Shown here one piece after another: positions 28,080 to 41,287 of a stretch of 64,000 bases of DNA (its first letter is position 1; every line of letters starts with the position of its first letter). The notes beneath the pieces were generated by a model. That model was not told the DNA's origin, did not search any database, and saw only the letters and a list, made by a program, of their open reading frames with translations. The stretch is from Balanoglossus misakiensis (taxonomy: Eukaryota; Animalia; Hemichordata), in contig CM082581.2 of the NCBI GenBank assembly GCA_040954595.2, positions 7,958,059-8,022,058 of the forward strand, given 5' to 3'. The position numbers and the translations under genes are program-made.

Positions 28080-29152
28080 GTGCGCATGTTCGTATGATAC
28101 ATGTACATTGACCAATATTTGAACTCTTACCTAATAATACATATTTATGATTGTCTACACGTATATGATCTGATTGTATAACCACTTTTGAATTTTCAAA
28201 TGCATTTTAGCGAGTAGATTTATAGATATTTTAACTGTAGTTCAAGTTTCAGTGTTTGATTCTAAGCAGATGAAAACCAAATAATCTCAAAACGTGTCAC
28301 TCACAGGTGCAAAAGTCGTACTCATGTACTTAGGGATTTTTGCAATAAAATCCCTGAAATGAATTAATCTCTGCGTTATAATAACGTTTCGAAGTTGGTA
28401 TGTTTCAATACCGTATATGCTCATCGTTCGCTCGCATAGAAATTAAAAATTGAATTATTTTAACCAAGTATAAATATTTTTATTTATATTAAATATGTTC
28501 TTTGACATAACTATATACAGATGGAAATTCAAATTAACTTTTATAGTGTGAATGTGACTAAAATATTTCACTGCTTTTAGTAACTTATACTAAGGTGCGG
28601 TGTAACCCTTAAAATGCGTGACTTGTCATTGAAATGCGTTGTACATGTATGTAGTTTGTTTGCTTGCTCCACTGTAGAGGGAGACATTTCCGGTGCATTT
28701 AGCCATTACTGTGTAAACCATAAACAGTCGATAGAAATAAAGAACACTGATTGTCGACGCGGCTTATTGTCTTTTGTGCATCAAGTTTTATTTCGTCAAA
28801 TCAAAGTACATGTACACAAACGATGAAAACTCACTACGCCCACACTGTCGGTTGGGAAGGGAGACCGTGGTGAATCTGCGGTTTATGTTTCAAAGGGCGG
28901 TTCATCAACGTTCATATGTAAGAACGTATTATGATTACATTCGAAGGCCGGGTGCATTCTGCTCAAAGCGAATGCTCAGTAGTGACGGTGCCAGAAAGCC
29001 GACGACAGGAAAAAATTCACATTGCTCCGCTATTGGGTAAAATTAATTGAAACTGACAAGTTGCCATATTTACACATATTTACACTTGTTAATGACCAAG
29101 AACAACGTTTTTGACAGCGTCTTCATTTGTTCCAAAAAATGCTTCACCTAAT

Positions 29153-31341
29153 CTAGTTTGACTTGGCGAAGTAGTCTTGCAGCTTGGGTATGTCGGCCAC
29201 CCTCTGTTTGAGCGCCATCAGGCAGGGAATGTCGAACTCCGAAGCTAACGATTTCCCCTTTTGTTCCAGCACCACGGTAGCTGCTGAAACGAACCCGTAG
29301 ATGGCAAAGTCGGCGACCGTCACCTGCGAGAGTCAAGCAAACCAAAAATGAAGGCAGACTCAGCAATGGCCACGGTCCGTGAGAAAAGACCGTAAGCGCA
29401 TGATAGCCGTCGTGTTACTTGCCCCTATTAGTACCATCGCCATATTACCTGTTGACCCTTGACACTTTTGGGCATACTTACACTGTCTCCAACAATCCAC
29501 ATTTTGCCGTCATTATTTCCTTTCAGAATCTTTTCCAGGGGGTCGAGATTAGTCTTGAACGTTTTCATCACCTTTTCTGCGACCTCCTCCTGCAATAGTC
29601 AGAAGTCTCAGGGTAACCCGCCTTTACTTAATAATTGATAACAAATAGTGGACGTATGAACCAATGTCTAATATAAAAAGAGGGTTGTGCCTTCTGCCAG
29701 GATGCCACCTGTATACACACGTGCGTTGTGACCAATATTGTAAAGAGTAAAAACAAGAAGTGTATTTATTATCCCCAGAGCTGGCGCTGTCATGCGCAGC
29801 CGCAGGCCGTGGACAGACGCGTCATCACGCCAACTTTGGATATGACTTACCGCTTCGTCTGGTGAAGCACCAAACAGTTTGACAGCGCCGTCCATGAGTG
29901 AAGCGTACGCGCCGAGTACCTCGTCAACCTTCGCCTTCTCTAGTGAAGTTGTGCCATCAAGACCTACGCATACATATACACCAAGAAATGATAAAAGACA
30001 CAATCAACAATGATTCAATCGTTTGTCGTGGTCAAGAAAAAAAGAAATTGAATTCTACGATACACAACAATTGTCCCCATACTCTTGACTCGTTTGTTAC
30101 TGGAGCAAATAAATGAGGCAAGTCTAACCTGAAACAGCGGCAGCGTAACGAACGACGGCCATACTCTGTGATATCTCCTCGCCATCGACTTCAAGCCAAG
30201 GTAGACTGGCTAACTTGTAGATAGTACTATCGTCAGCACAGTTTGAAACAGCTGTAAAAAGATAAAATGTACAATTTATATCGACGGCTGTAACTTTTTA
30301 AATTGCAAACTAGAGCTTTGATAAGATTTAAACTGTAGAAGCGCCGCAGTGTCGCTGTATTGCATTGCACTGATCAAGTCCTTTCATGAAATTTGAACAA
30401 AAACAAGAGATGCTCACTTTTTGACCACTGGGGGGCAGTTGCGCGTGAGCGGCGGTCGCGCTAAGGGGCCTCACTCGCCAAGACAGTGCAAATAACTTGG
30501 CGTGCCTGCTAGCGGAGCACAAAGTGGGTGAGGTTTCTTTGCAAAGTCGCCCAGAGCAAATATTGAGAATTTAGCAGTTTGTTTGAAAAGTGCCACATCA
30601 TTGCCGTTAAGTAACATCATTAACACAACAACGACGACAAACTCTTGTCCTTCAGCATCCGAATGTGATTGGTGCAGAGGTTAGCGTTGTGATCGGTTGC
30701 CTAGCAGCTAATTAGTTTATGAATGAATGAAATGACTTTGCGAATTTTACACAGCTCTTTCGCAAAACACTATTATACACTGTAGTTGCCTACTGTACCA
30801 CCGTGCATATGCTTACCCTGCAGATATCGAGACAGATTTGTATGCAAACATATTTTGTAATCATCAACGGAATAAACCCTGGACATGAAAACTCAAAGAC
30901 GATCTACACATACAAAACGTATACTTTTAATTATATGTAACTGATGGTTTAAAATGTATAATTAACGCAAATATTATTTTGTAACAAGGCTAAATATTTT
31001 ACGATGAAAGATTCATGTAACTGGAAATTTCACTGCACAACACGCAATTGCATTTTTCGTTATTATATATGGCAAAATTCTGAAAATAATAAACTGTTTC
31101 ATAGCTGTTTGGTTTGTTGTTTTACGCCCTAGCTGCTTGGTTGATTACATTACTTCCTCTAATCCCCTATCATGTTTTTTGTAAGATGTAAACTTTCTCA
31201 CATACCTTCTTTCATAGCCCCCCATTCTTCAAACGGGACCCGCTTGTCTTCGAACGCGATATCGGCGTGCGTGAAGCAGAGACGGGCGGCCTCGGCTCGT
31301 CCTGCCAGTGGAAAGTACGTCAGCTTGATAGACTGGGGCAT
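29153..31341 (-). CDS. Glutathione S-transferase, sigma-class-like (5 exons, ~216 aa)
   Basis: Exons 31341-31206 (MPQSIKLTYFPLAGRAEAARLCFTHADIAFEDKRVPFEEWGAMKE), 30251-30129 (..SLPWLEVDGEEISQSMAVVRY), 29963-29851, 29589-29482 (..NNDGKMWIVGDS), 29323-29153 (VTVADFAIY..IPKLQDYFAKSN*). Catalytic Tyr, GRAE, QS and N-capping TxAD motifs present. Confidence 0.93.
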
Positions 31342-31990
31342 GGTTAACGTTGTGTGTAGCAGATCGCAGGTCTCTCTTCACGTCCCGCTGTATGGGATGA
31401 CTTGTGGCTCTTTACTCGGTCAAAGCTCTGACGACACCGTGCACCTCGCAAGTCGCGCAGCCCTGTCAAAAGGGATTGTTTGCCTTTCGGCTTGGAAGCT
31501 CACGCATGCGCATTCACGCCTCGTCGTACAAACCCAGGTCATTGCTTGAGATGTACAGACGGAGAGCCCTTTCTATGCATTCCCTCTTTAACCCATTGTC
31601 CATGTTGCAGCTTCTCAGTCAAATTTGCTGACATCATTCTCAGTCACTGAGCGTTACTGGTCGTGCTGGAACGGCTAGTCTCGCCAATGAAATTTTACCG
31701 AGTCACCATGAATTATTTGTTTTCGGGCACAGGTATGACCATGATGACGCTTGTTTTCCCTATGCGTCATGTTGTTGTTGCTGTAACATCACTGCATTGC
31801 TATGGGCGTTGGCCGTAGTATTAGCACTTGATTTCGGGCTGTATCAACAATCGCGGCGATCTGTACTTGCTTGTTGGAAATTGACTATTTTTCAACACGG
31901 CCCTCTATCTTGCTAATTGGCTTGCTACTGGTAAATAACGGTAAATAACGCGCAACAGCTTTTAATAATGCCACAGTATTACTTCCTTTC

Positions 31991-32110
<120 letters not shown>

Positions 32111-33114
32111 AACCAGCGGTGTCCTCATCGCGATGGTAATCAATAATTAACACCACGACCTTTCATATCATTACCTAAAAGCTACCACACCCGACATCAC
32201 CATTACGTCAAATGCGCTTAGCCCATGGGCGAGGGACACGTGACATTGAAACTTTTTAACGCAACTATCTACTCGCAATTACATTGCATAATTTCCTGGC
32301 TTGACATTAGATCTACATTATTGATTGAGACGGCTTTAATGATATGAATGCGTTTCACATCGTGCTGTTTTGTCAGTATCGACTGGTTTCATAGGATCAC
32401 AGTTTGGTTGCCATTCGAGACAATTAGGAGATTATAGCAATATCTACAATGTAAAAAAGGGCACCTGCTAGGGATTTCGTTATGTCATAACATTGAGCGG
32501 ATTAACTTCCATGTATTTCCCCCTGATAAGGCGGAGGCCGTAAATATTCATTTTGTCTTTCTGCCAACGTTGCCGTTGGCATATTTACACAAACGTACGG
32601 ACCATTAGAATTTGAAATGCCGATGCGACATTTCATAACTGTGTAGGTACAAGGAATGGTGCTGTCTGACTTACGCAGGAACATTTATCTTTACATGTAT
32701 ATTGCCCGTTCTCAGGGACAGTACTATATCTAGATATTGCCTCTTATACTAAATTCGATCATAGTCACACCACACCACATCACACCACGCCACATCGCGT
32801 CACCGTCACGCCCGGCCCAACACCACACCGCACAAGGCAGTTAGCTCAAACGTTCAAGTTTTTCACGTCGAAATGGATTTTTATTACATTTCAATAAAAT
32901 GCATTATTTACATAAAAAGTTTGTGTAATGATATTTTTTCTTTCATCAAGTTTATTAACAGTATGTACACAAATCAGATTGTAGGAGACTGGCTTACTGA
33001 ACTTAGTATAACACGTCGTGGGTATTTTACAAGCGCATGCGTTATCGCAGTTTCCACATGCGTAATTCTAAGAGACACAATGTATCATGATCTTCCTCCT
33101 CACTGAGCGATGCT

Positions 33115-36100
33115 TTAGAAAGGCAAATCTGGTCTGCTCTTCAAATACTCCTGAAGCTGGGGTAGCGCCAACATTCTTTGACGGTGTTCTTTCAGTAGAG
33201 GGCATGCGTCAATGACGTCACCTTTGTCCACATCCTTCGCCATTTTCTCCAACGTTTCGTAAAGGTCGCAGAACACGAAGTCGGCGTGAGTAATCTGCGT
33301 TGGAGATGAGAAACTGTTAGAAGTGTATCTGTAGGACTTAGTTCAATTATGTTAAGCAAACATCAGGGATAAGTCGACTTTCGCTACGCTCGACCGATGT
33401 GCCATCAAATATGATATCCTACAATTGTAGATGACTTTACCTTGTTTCCAACAAGGTAGCCCTTTCCATCGTTATTAGCTTTGAGGGTCAGTTCCATTCT
33501 CTTCAAAAAGGCAGGTAGTTTATTGTTCACCAAGTCTGCCTTTGCGGTTGCCTGCAAGATATTATTTGTGAAGTGACATGAGTGATAGTTTGTATAAGCA
33601 ACATCCATACATCCATACATCCATCCATCCATACAGACAGACAGACAGACAATTTACGTATACAGTGTATTCATTTCCATGCTTAATATGGGTTACCTAC
33701 AGGATCTTCAGCAAAGAACACAGTCCCTAAGTTTTCCATATGTTCTGACAGCGTATCAACTAGACAGTCTGCCTTGGCTGTTTCCCACGCAGTTTCTCCA
33801 ATCACACCTGAATTGGCCAGAAAGAAAGAATATCAGCCGGTTACCATGGTTTGGGGGGAAGATGCTTCCGGGCGTGCGCAGTGGGAAGTTCCTGATAACG
33901 ATGGTCAGCCCCTCTTATCATGGTCAGGCCGAGGTAAGTTGCTCAAAATTTCACCGACTGCGGCTTTACACAACAGAACACAACATGAAAGCCAGCTACA
34001 CTTGCGCATTAAAAAGAATTGGGTCATGGAATGACTTTCTGTGCCGACGAGGTGGCAACGGTGTTCAAGGCTGACCTGTCCCAGTTCTCATCTGGAACAA
34101 AACTTATGCCAAGCTATACGTGTCAGGCGATGGCAGGTCAGCGCACTGTCTCGAGAAAATATGTCGCACGTGGAAGTTTTTTTACCAACTGCACCTACCT
34201 CCCTGACGGGCGGCAAATCTCAGCAGAGCTTTCGACTGACAGACAATTTCGCCGTTCATTTCAGCCCAGGGCATCTGACCAAAAGTACCGCAGTATTCGC
34301 CATCTATTGAGAACACGATAAAATGGAAAATCGATTTACACCAATATCCTTCCACTAGAAGACTATAAATACGCAAATATAGTGCAGTGAATAAGATCTG
34401 ACTTGCTGAGTTCCTTTAAGGACAGTAATCATCGGTAATTATCAGTTGATTATTACAACATCATAATCTGTTTATGATTCCGATATAACGTTTTTATATT
34501 TACGTCTTACAACTAATTCTGTCAATTGCAAAGACTGAAACGGCTTTCGATTGAAAATCACCAGTGTGAGTCGAACACGTTGCATGGTTCTATAAAAGAG
34601 ACGAGTTCAAATTCTACGTTTTCTGCTCTAAGCCTGCATCAAGCTGCATCTTGAACCGTCATCAGAGGCTCAAATGCTACCATAACACAGCTAAACAATT
34701 CTGTTTAATATCTAAATATTTACTCTTTTTTCTGGCACCCCATTCTTCTTGTGTCAGTCGCCTGTCTTCGAATTTGACACCGCTGTAGTGTAAGATAAGA
34801 CGTATGGGTTCAACTCGCCCGCGAAATCCGAAATAATACAGCACAATGGTCGGTTTGGTCGTCTGGAAAAAAAATACCAGAAGAAACAACTTCAACAGGC
34901 AGTTTGAAAAAAGGAAATCTTAAATAAACGAAGCGAATAATCAATAGACGTTTTAAATGAAAATGAATCAGTTGAAAACACCATTATATCGACTTCCCTC
35001 TAAGTGTTTATAAATCATAACAGTTTGCTGTTGCTATGTTACCATTTACATTTTCTACAGTTGACCTTAATAGGCGCTGATAACACACTTACACAATCTA
35101 TGGACCTAAGGCTGAGCATACATACTCAGAAGTTCAAAGTTAAATATTTATATGCCTCACAGAGACGTGACACTAGGTTGTCTCACAGAGAATGTATTTA
35201 TGAATGTATGATAAACATTACGAAGCGTATAAGCATTAAATGCATAATATACATGCATTTTGTAAATTTTACAATTAATCTATTTGTAATATTTTAATAC
35301 ATGTGTGTATACATTTAATGGCTTGTGCAGTGAATTGTCCAATGAATACTAATACTCTTATGACATTGTTAACACATGGAAATGTAAAATTTCAAGTCAA
35401 GGTTGTCCACTTAAATCGATAACATTTACAAAACTTCCCAAATGACCGCCCACAGACCCCCAACACTGATCGGAATGACAAAAGCACTGATGTACACGTA
35501 ACATGCAAGCCCGGTACGTGATCAGGAATGTGTTAGTGTGTTTGTGATTATTACCTCCTCTGGCTCAGTTTGTGCGGCACTCTCATTCTCGCTCTGGTAA
35601 AAAAGATGCAGGGAAAAGAAGAAAACATAGGCAAGGTGGTTATTGCAAAGTGGTCAGAGTTTGTGCGCCGTACGTTAAAAGGGGTTGTCCGAAGCGGCGA
35701 AGAGAAAATACCAGCATATAGCGTGTACGAAGACATTGCATAACTTTTCCCCCGCAAGTATATGCATTATCTTTGTTGAGGGAATTGTTGGGTTAATCGA
35801 AGGCTGAATGTTGCTTTTGTGAAACACCTGTCAGCTTGCACTCACCACTAATGCGCATATACATAGAAATCACTTCAGCGGTTTTCTTTTTTCTGTCTTT
35901 CATTATCTGTAAAGTTTACTTGTTTTGTTTCTTGTTACCTGTCGCGCAGCATCGACGTGCAAACACTGGGAGATGTGTCAGGATCGCACTGCATGCAACA
36001 CAATCATGTTTGTCATCTATGATGCTGCATGGTGTTTAGACACTCGTGTTGACTTTGGTTTCAACAATCACGCCCTTGGCAACACACCAAAATAACTCGA

Positions 36101-37389
36101 AGGTCGATAATCTTTCGCGAATCGTTCAGGTCTTTGCGTCTTCAATGTGTTCTGTGACTCAGCGAAATTACATCGAGGTCGGACGGTATTGGTGAATGAC
36201 TTAAGACGTTCGAAAAAAGGGCGATGACCTTCTTACGGTTTTCTTTTGCCGTTTGCATACGCATTCTGTGGAGCTTAAAATGTGAACGTGAACGTGTACT
36301 AAATAATAGTATTTCGATCAGTCTTTTCAGTGCATAAATGCTTCTGTACATTGACGAATTCTTTGACGGAAATCGATTTTGCCCGAAGTGTCAAAATAAT
36401 TACAACTTTATGTAGGAAGCATCAATCAACAGGCTAATCACGAACGTACATGCGTGCGTGTAGTGTCGGGTTGATCAGGATTGTAGACTAAGTATTTCTT
36501 TGTGAATCAAAACCATTGTGAGCTAAGGGAAGAGTACAATATGCGCTTGCGGATTCCACGATGACTAGCATTTTTTGTATTGATTACGTGGGTACATAGA
36601 CCAGTGGCCTACATACTAAGTAAGTTACAGCATGTTCTACATTGAGGAGATTCTTTGTGCATTTACCGGGCAAGAGTGAAATGCAGAAAAGAAAACTGAG
36701 AACAGCGTTATCGGCTTACAGTCTGAGACAGAGAAAAAGAGGAACGCATTCATGCAAATTACTAATTAGCCAGCAAAGCTACACTAGATACAGAACGGTT
36801 GCTTTACTTTTATACAAGGAATATGTTGGAAGGAAACCTCAGATGCCACCAACATCAGTTTTGCGTCTTGGAGCAAGAGTTTTAAATTGTATCAGGCACC
36901 TCACTTGTGCCCTTCTTTAAGGAGATATACAAGAAAACGGGCCATGCCTTCAGCCACAGACTGTAGAAAGAATTCTACAGTCTATGATTCAGCATATAAC
37001 CATAGGGATAATCATGTTTTTGTTCACAACATGCATGGACGTTGCACGTAGTTAATTCCCACTTTTGGAGAGAATGAGTCGCCCGGCCCGCTAAAGCGTG
37101 GTAGCATCCTTGAGAGAGAGTGAGAAACCTATACACACTCTACAGATACCTAAAACACGAAGCACAATGAACAGTGAACGGAAAGCTAGTCGATACCTCT
37201 GGTACATTGCCGGCCTGTCGTCTGCTTGGCTCCGCCTGAAGGAAAGAAAGCGTCGTCGGGTGCACGTCAGAGATTCGTAAATAACTTCAAAACATATAGT
37301 CCACATCATGCATTATCGATAAGAATGTTGAGACAACTTACCTTTGGCTGTGTCTCCACCTTCGTGCTCTTGCTGTCGCTGCAACCCAT
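33115..37389 (-). CDS. Glutathione S-transferase, sigma-class-like, with N-terminal MGCSDSK extension (7 exons, ~242 aa)
   Basis: Exons 37389-37342 (MGCSDSKSTKVETQPK), 35593-35555 (SENESAAQTEPEE), 34862-34724 (TTKPTIVLYYFGFRGRVEPIRLIL..EEW), 34303-34199 (FGQMPWAEMNGEIVCQSKALLRF), 33807-33701, 33551-33441 (..GKGYLVGNK), 33294-33115 (ITHADF..LQEYLKSRPDLPF*). The GST core is certain; the two small 5' exons are inferred from in-phase GT/AG sites. Confidence 0.9.
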
Positions 37390-40369
37390 GTTTGCTTGAT
37401 CGGGTGATTTTTTCCGCCGACCTTTTTTCTTCAAAGCTCGACCAGCGTGTGTTGACCAGGACGCGACGTTCAAATCTTACTAGTCACTCCACTGCCTGTT
37501 TAAAGACGATCGAATTCTATCGCAGGTGTTCTCTGATTGATTAGGCGTGACCCCTCACCCCAGCGATCGAGTTCGTGCCGAAACATTGGATGACTAAGCT
37601 AATGTACTCAGTCAATTGTTATTATAATTTTCTTTACGTTGAGGATTTACTATATCGACTAAATAATAGCCCTGGTAACATAATTCATTCACAAACACAC
37701 AGGGCTCCCTAGCTCAATTTCTAGTAGTCCGATCTCCATTTCATTGATAGCAGCGCAAAACCAGGCCAGTGCGCAAAAAGATGGTGGCAATGTGGGGGCG
37801 CTATTTGGGCGACGAACTATACGGTAAGTGAATTTTCGTCTTCTGATTCAGTCACAACCATATAACAATTTCGACAGTTTCCCTCGGTCGCAGTTTCATG
37901 CATCTAAGATCGATGTTGGTATACTGATGTTTCATTTGAGTTGAAGTATTCTTCTGGTTGAAATGCCACTAGGAACTGAACTATGCAGCATGTTCAGAAC
38001 CAACGAATGACGTCGAAGATCGCTCCACAGGCAGGGAATACTCAAGAGACGAGCAGACAGAACCCGTAGTGCTCGTTATCCTGAAATTAGACCCCGGAAG
38101 TGCGATTGCCCGGTGATTGGCCTTCAGTACGGACACAGATCAAGCTACAAATGACTAACAAATGTGCTCTGAAGTATCCAGACACAACAGAGGTATTGCG
38201 TGCCTCATAATTTAATATGCTTTATTGTATTTACAAATTACAATTCGAATATCGGCTAAAATTGTTTACATCATAAGATATTGAGACACCTTGTAGACGT
38301 TTGCTCCCTGCTAATGTCTTAGGCGTTCTTCAGAATTGACAGGGTTGCTCATCATCTTAAGATGTTCTTGCCAGACACAAACTGACCACTTGTCTCCGGT
38401 TTTAATTGTGTGGCAAACGTGGTGAAGACACACGGAATTGTGCGTGCTTGTGACGTGAAGGAGGGAGTTCACTAGCCGGGACAGCGTCTTTCGGCCGCGA
38501 AACGGGAGACACTGTTTGGCACGCCGAAGCCAGCGATAGGCTATATCATGAGAGATGTACGGCATTTCAAAACATATATGATAACAATAGTATTGATGGT
38601 TATCGCTTCTGACAACCGCAGAGAGGTAGACTGATACGGATCCGTCCGGGCCAGTGACGCCCCGATGATATGGATAAACACCTCACAGAGATCGGAGGTT
38701 ACGGACCTGTAACGCGAACCTCGGGCCAAACAAGATCACTAACAAGCACTAACGAGACAGTGTCTGCGCCCGGCTTCTCCAGAGTTGAACCCAACCCCCG
38801 GTGATTTGCGGCGTTTTGTTGTTCCACTGATACACAAAAAGACACGTTTGAAGAAATTAAAAAAAATCACCTGCTCACATATTGTACGTACGATAGGTGT
38901 GACGCGCGAACTTGTAAAATCATTTTAGGCCCACTTGTACTAAAAACCAGCATTGAATACTAGTACCTAATGAATTCTGTGTCTCAGACTCTACATGCTT
39001 AATTTAAACTTCTTACGCCATACAAGTATTTACTGTGGCGTGCTCAACGTCGTACACGAAATATGGTCTTTTGCAAGTAAATGAAGATTTTGCGGGCGGA
39101 AATCGATGCGCATGTTGATGTCACCAATAAATATTATTCGGACGAAACATGGCAATATTTTCATCAATTTCCCTTCCATGGACACGTGTTAAAACCATAA
39201 GCGACCGCACGAAAATAATACATTGGTTCGATTAAGCGCTGATAATAGACACTTCGATCGATGATTTACTTCGTTATTATGAGCCGGTGGTGTCCGTTTC
39301 ACATAGCAGACATGGGGGCGTCGGATGATTATTTACGGACGCTGTAACATTATGTTATTGCTATCCAATACTCATTATTATATTCCCTGCAACTATGGTT
39401 ATAAGGAAGAGTTTTGAATTTCAGGACAGCTGTTGCATGATACTGATATCAAAGCATTAAAGGATCTTAACCAAACTGAACTAGGAGAAAAATGTCTCGT
39501 GTCATTTTCTTCAAAGATAGCAAAGAAGCTGATATGTACATGTATGCATGTATGTATTAAATACAACGATATTCAAAGATAATACTATACCACACACTCA
39601 GGTACACACCACAACACAATACAATGCAATACAGCACTGCAATTTCTACTGTCTTGTATTCGGTTCCGCTCCGCATGTTCTGCAGATCCTCATTTGTGAC
39701 GTCATCACTGTATCATCGTGATTTGAACATTCCTGCAAGATCGCCTGTTTGTGTTTTCAAAATCATGCACCGCACGAAGCGAATGTTCTCGAAACCATGA
39801 CCACAGCGCACAATCTGCGGATGAAGTGAACCAGTGGACGATATCAACCACCAGCCAGCCAGCCAGCCAGCCAAGCCCATGGGCACAGAACGAAGATGTA
39901 AACAAATCGACTCCAGATCGGAAACGCATGGACCGGAAACACTCCTTTCCAGACCCGTTGATCAATCCCAGATCCTGTCAAACCCCGTTTGCAGCTTTCG
40001 AAACTGATATACCAGCCCCCTAACCGCATCCTTTGCAAATTGCGCACCCCGTGGAACACCAAAACGTGGCCTTTGGGGTTAACGTCACGCGGAGGAGTTT
40101 TGTAATTAGCGACTGTTCACGGATGGAAATGTACATGTAACTTCCCACTAACCGATAAGACGGCAGTCTCATAACTCCATCCTCTTCATATGGGAATAAC
40201 TACGGTATGATAGCAACGATAATAAAAGCACAGAAACGAGCTGAAATTATTGCAACGATACATGAGGCTATCAATGCATGTTCCGGTATTCATCATAGAT
40301 ACTACGGCAGACTTCAGGTCTGTCGTGAGAATTGCTTTTGACTTTATGTTACAAGGATGGTCACTCTGC

Positions 40370-40439
40370 ATGAATGAATGAATGAATGAATGAATGAATG
40401 AATGAATGAATGAATGAATGAATGAATGAATGAATGAAT
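40370..40439. repeat. (TGAA)n microsatellite
   Basis: Direct reading. Confidence 0.95.
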
Positions 40440-41287
40440 ACAACTCACAGATGTGCGTTTTTCCTCACTCATCGGGCCAACATGCTCGAGACTACCAGGA
40501 AATCTGGAAACCATTGCCCACACAGTCGTATATCGTTGCTAACCAGCCCTTTATTACTGGTAGTCTGGTCATGGATAAAACTCACTGACAATCATTCTGG
40601 GATTTGACATGGCGTGCCCCAGAGTCATAACCCTAGCTATAAAGCAGACCGGACTGAAAGTCCAATGACGGATCGGTGGAGCTATCAATCATAAAGAAAA
40701 CGCCAACATCACAGGAAGACAGACAAGGGTGAATGATATACCAGGCCTGGTCGGGCCCGCCGAGTTTTAATGGCCGTCATAACGGCCGCTCGAAGGACAG
40801 GTTTGAAGTCAAGTGTAATCGGAGATATCCGCGTACGATCGACCACGTTGAAGAGACAGCGAAACCACTTGGTTTAAATCACCGTAAGTGACAAAGACTA
40901 TGGCTTGTTTATCCAACATCCAGGGAAGACCGGACCGCCCAACCGTGCTAATTGATTCCGTCATCTCTGTAACGGGCGCCCATTGGCCAAAGCCGGCCTT
41001 GGTTAAGCCTAACCGCGGCAAGGATGACCAATCACGGCCCGCGTCTGCCGAAGGCTGTGGGTCTGGTCGGCTTGATCTATCGGCATCGCTTCCTCTTACT
41101 CTTGAAATCACAACTCTCTCGGCTGTTCATAAAATGATACCCCACTCAGAAGGACGTGAATCATGTTTCAGGCAGTAGAGGAAGTCTTGTTAACGGCTTG
41201 AGCACACACACTCATAACACGAGCTTACTCACTCACCAGGCCCGATACAACTGGAAGAGTCGTCGGGTTTCTCTCCGTGTGGCTGAG

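Noticed and set aside
23916-30439. CTCF-like motifs (CCTCCAGAGGGCGA 23916; CCACTGGGGGGCAG 30425) as insulators between the cytokine and Lbx domains
   Set aside because: Imperfect matches of a degenerate motif; not supportable without PWM scoring or ChIP data.
41156-41287. Upstream in-frame extension of the Lbx exon 1 ORF from a GTG start
   Set aside because: Non-ATG start comes from the ORF caller; the first in-frame ATG at 41288 gives a normal Lbx N-terminus.
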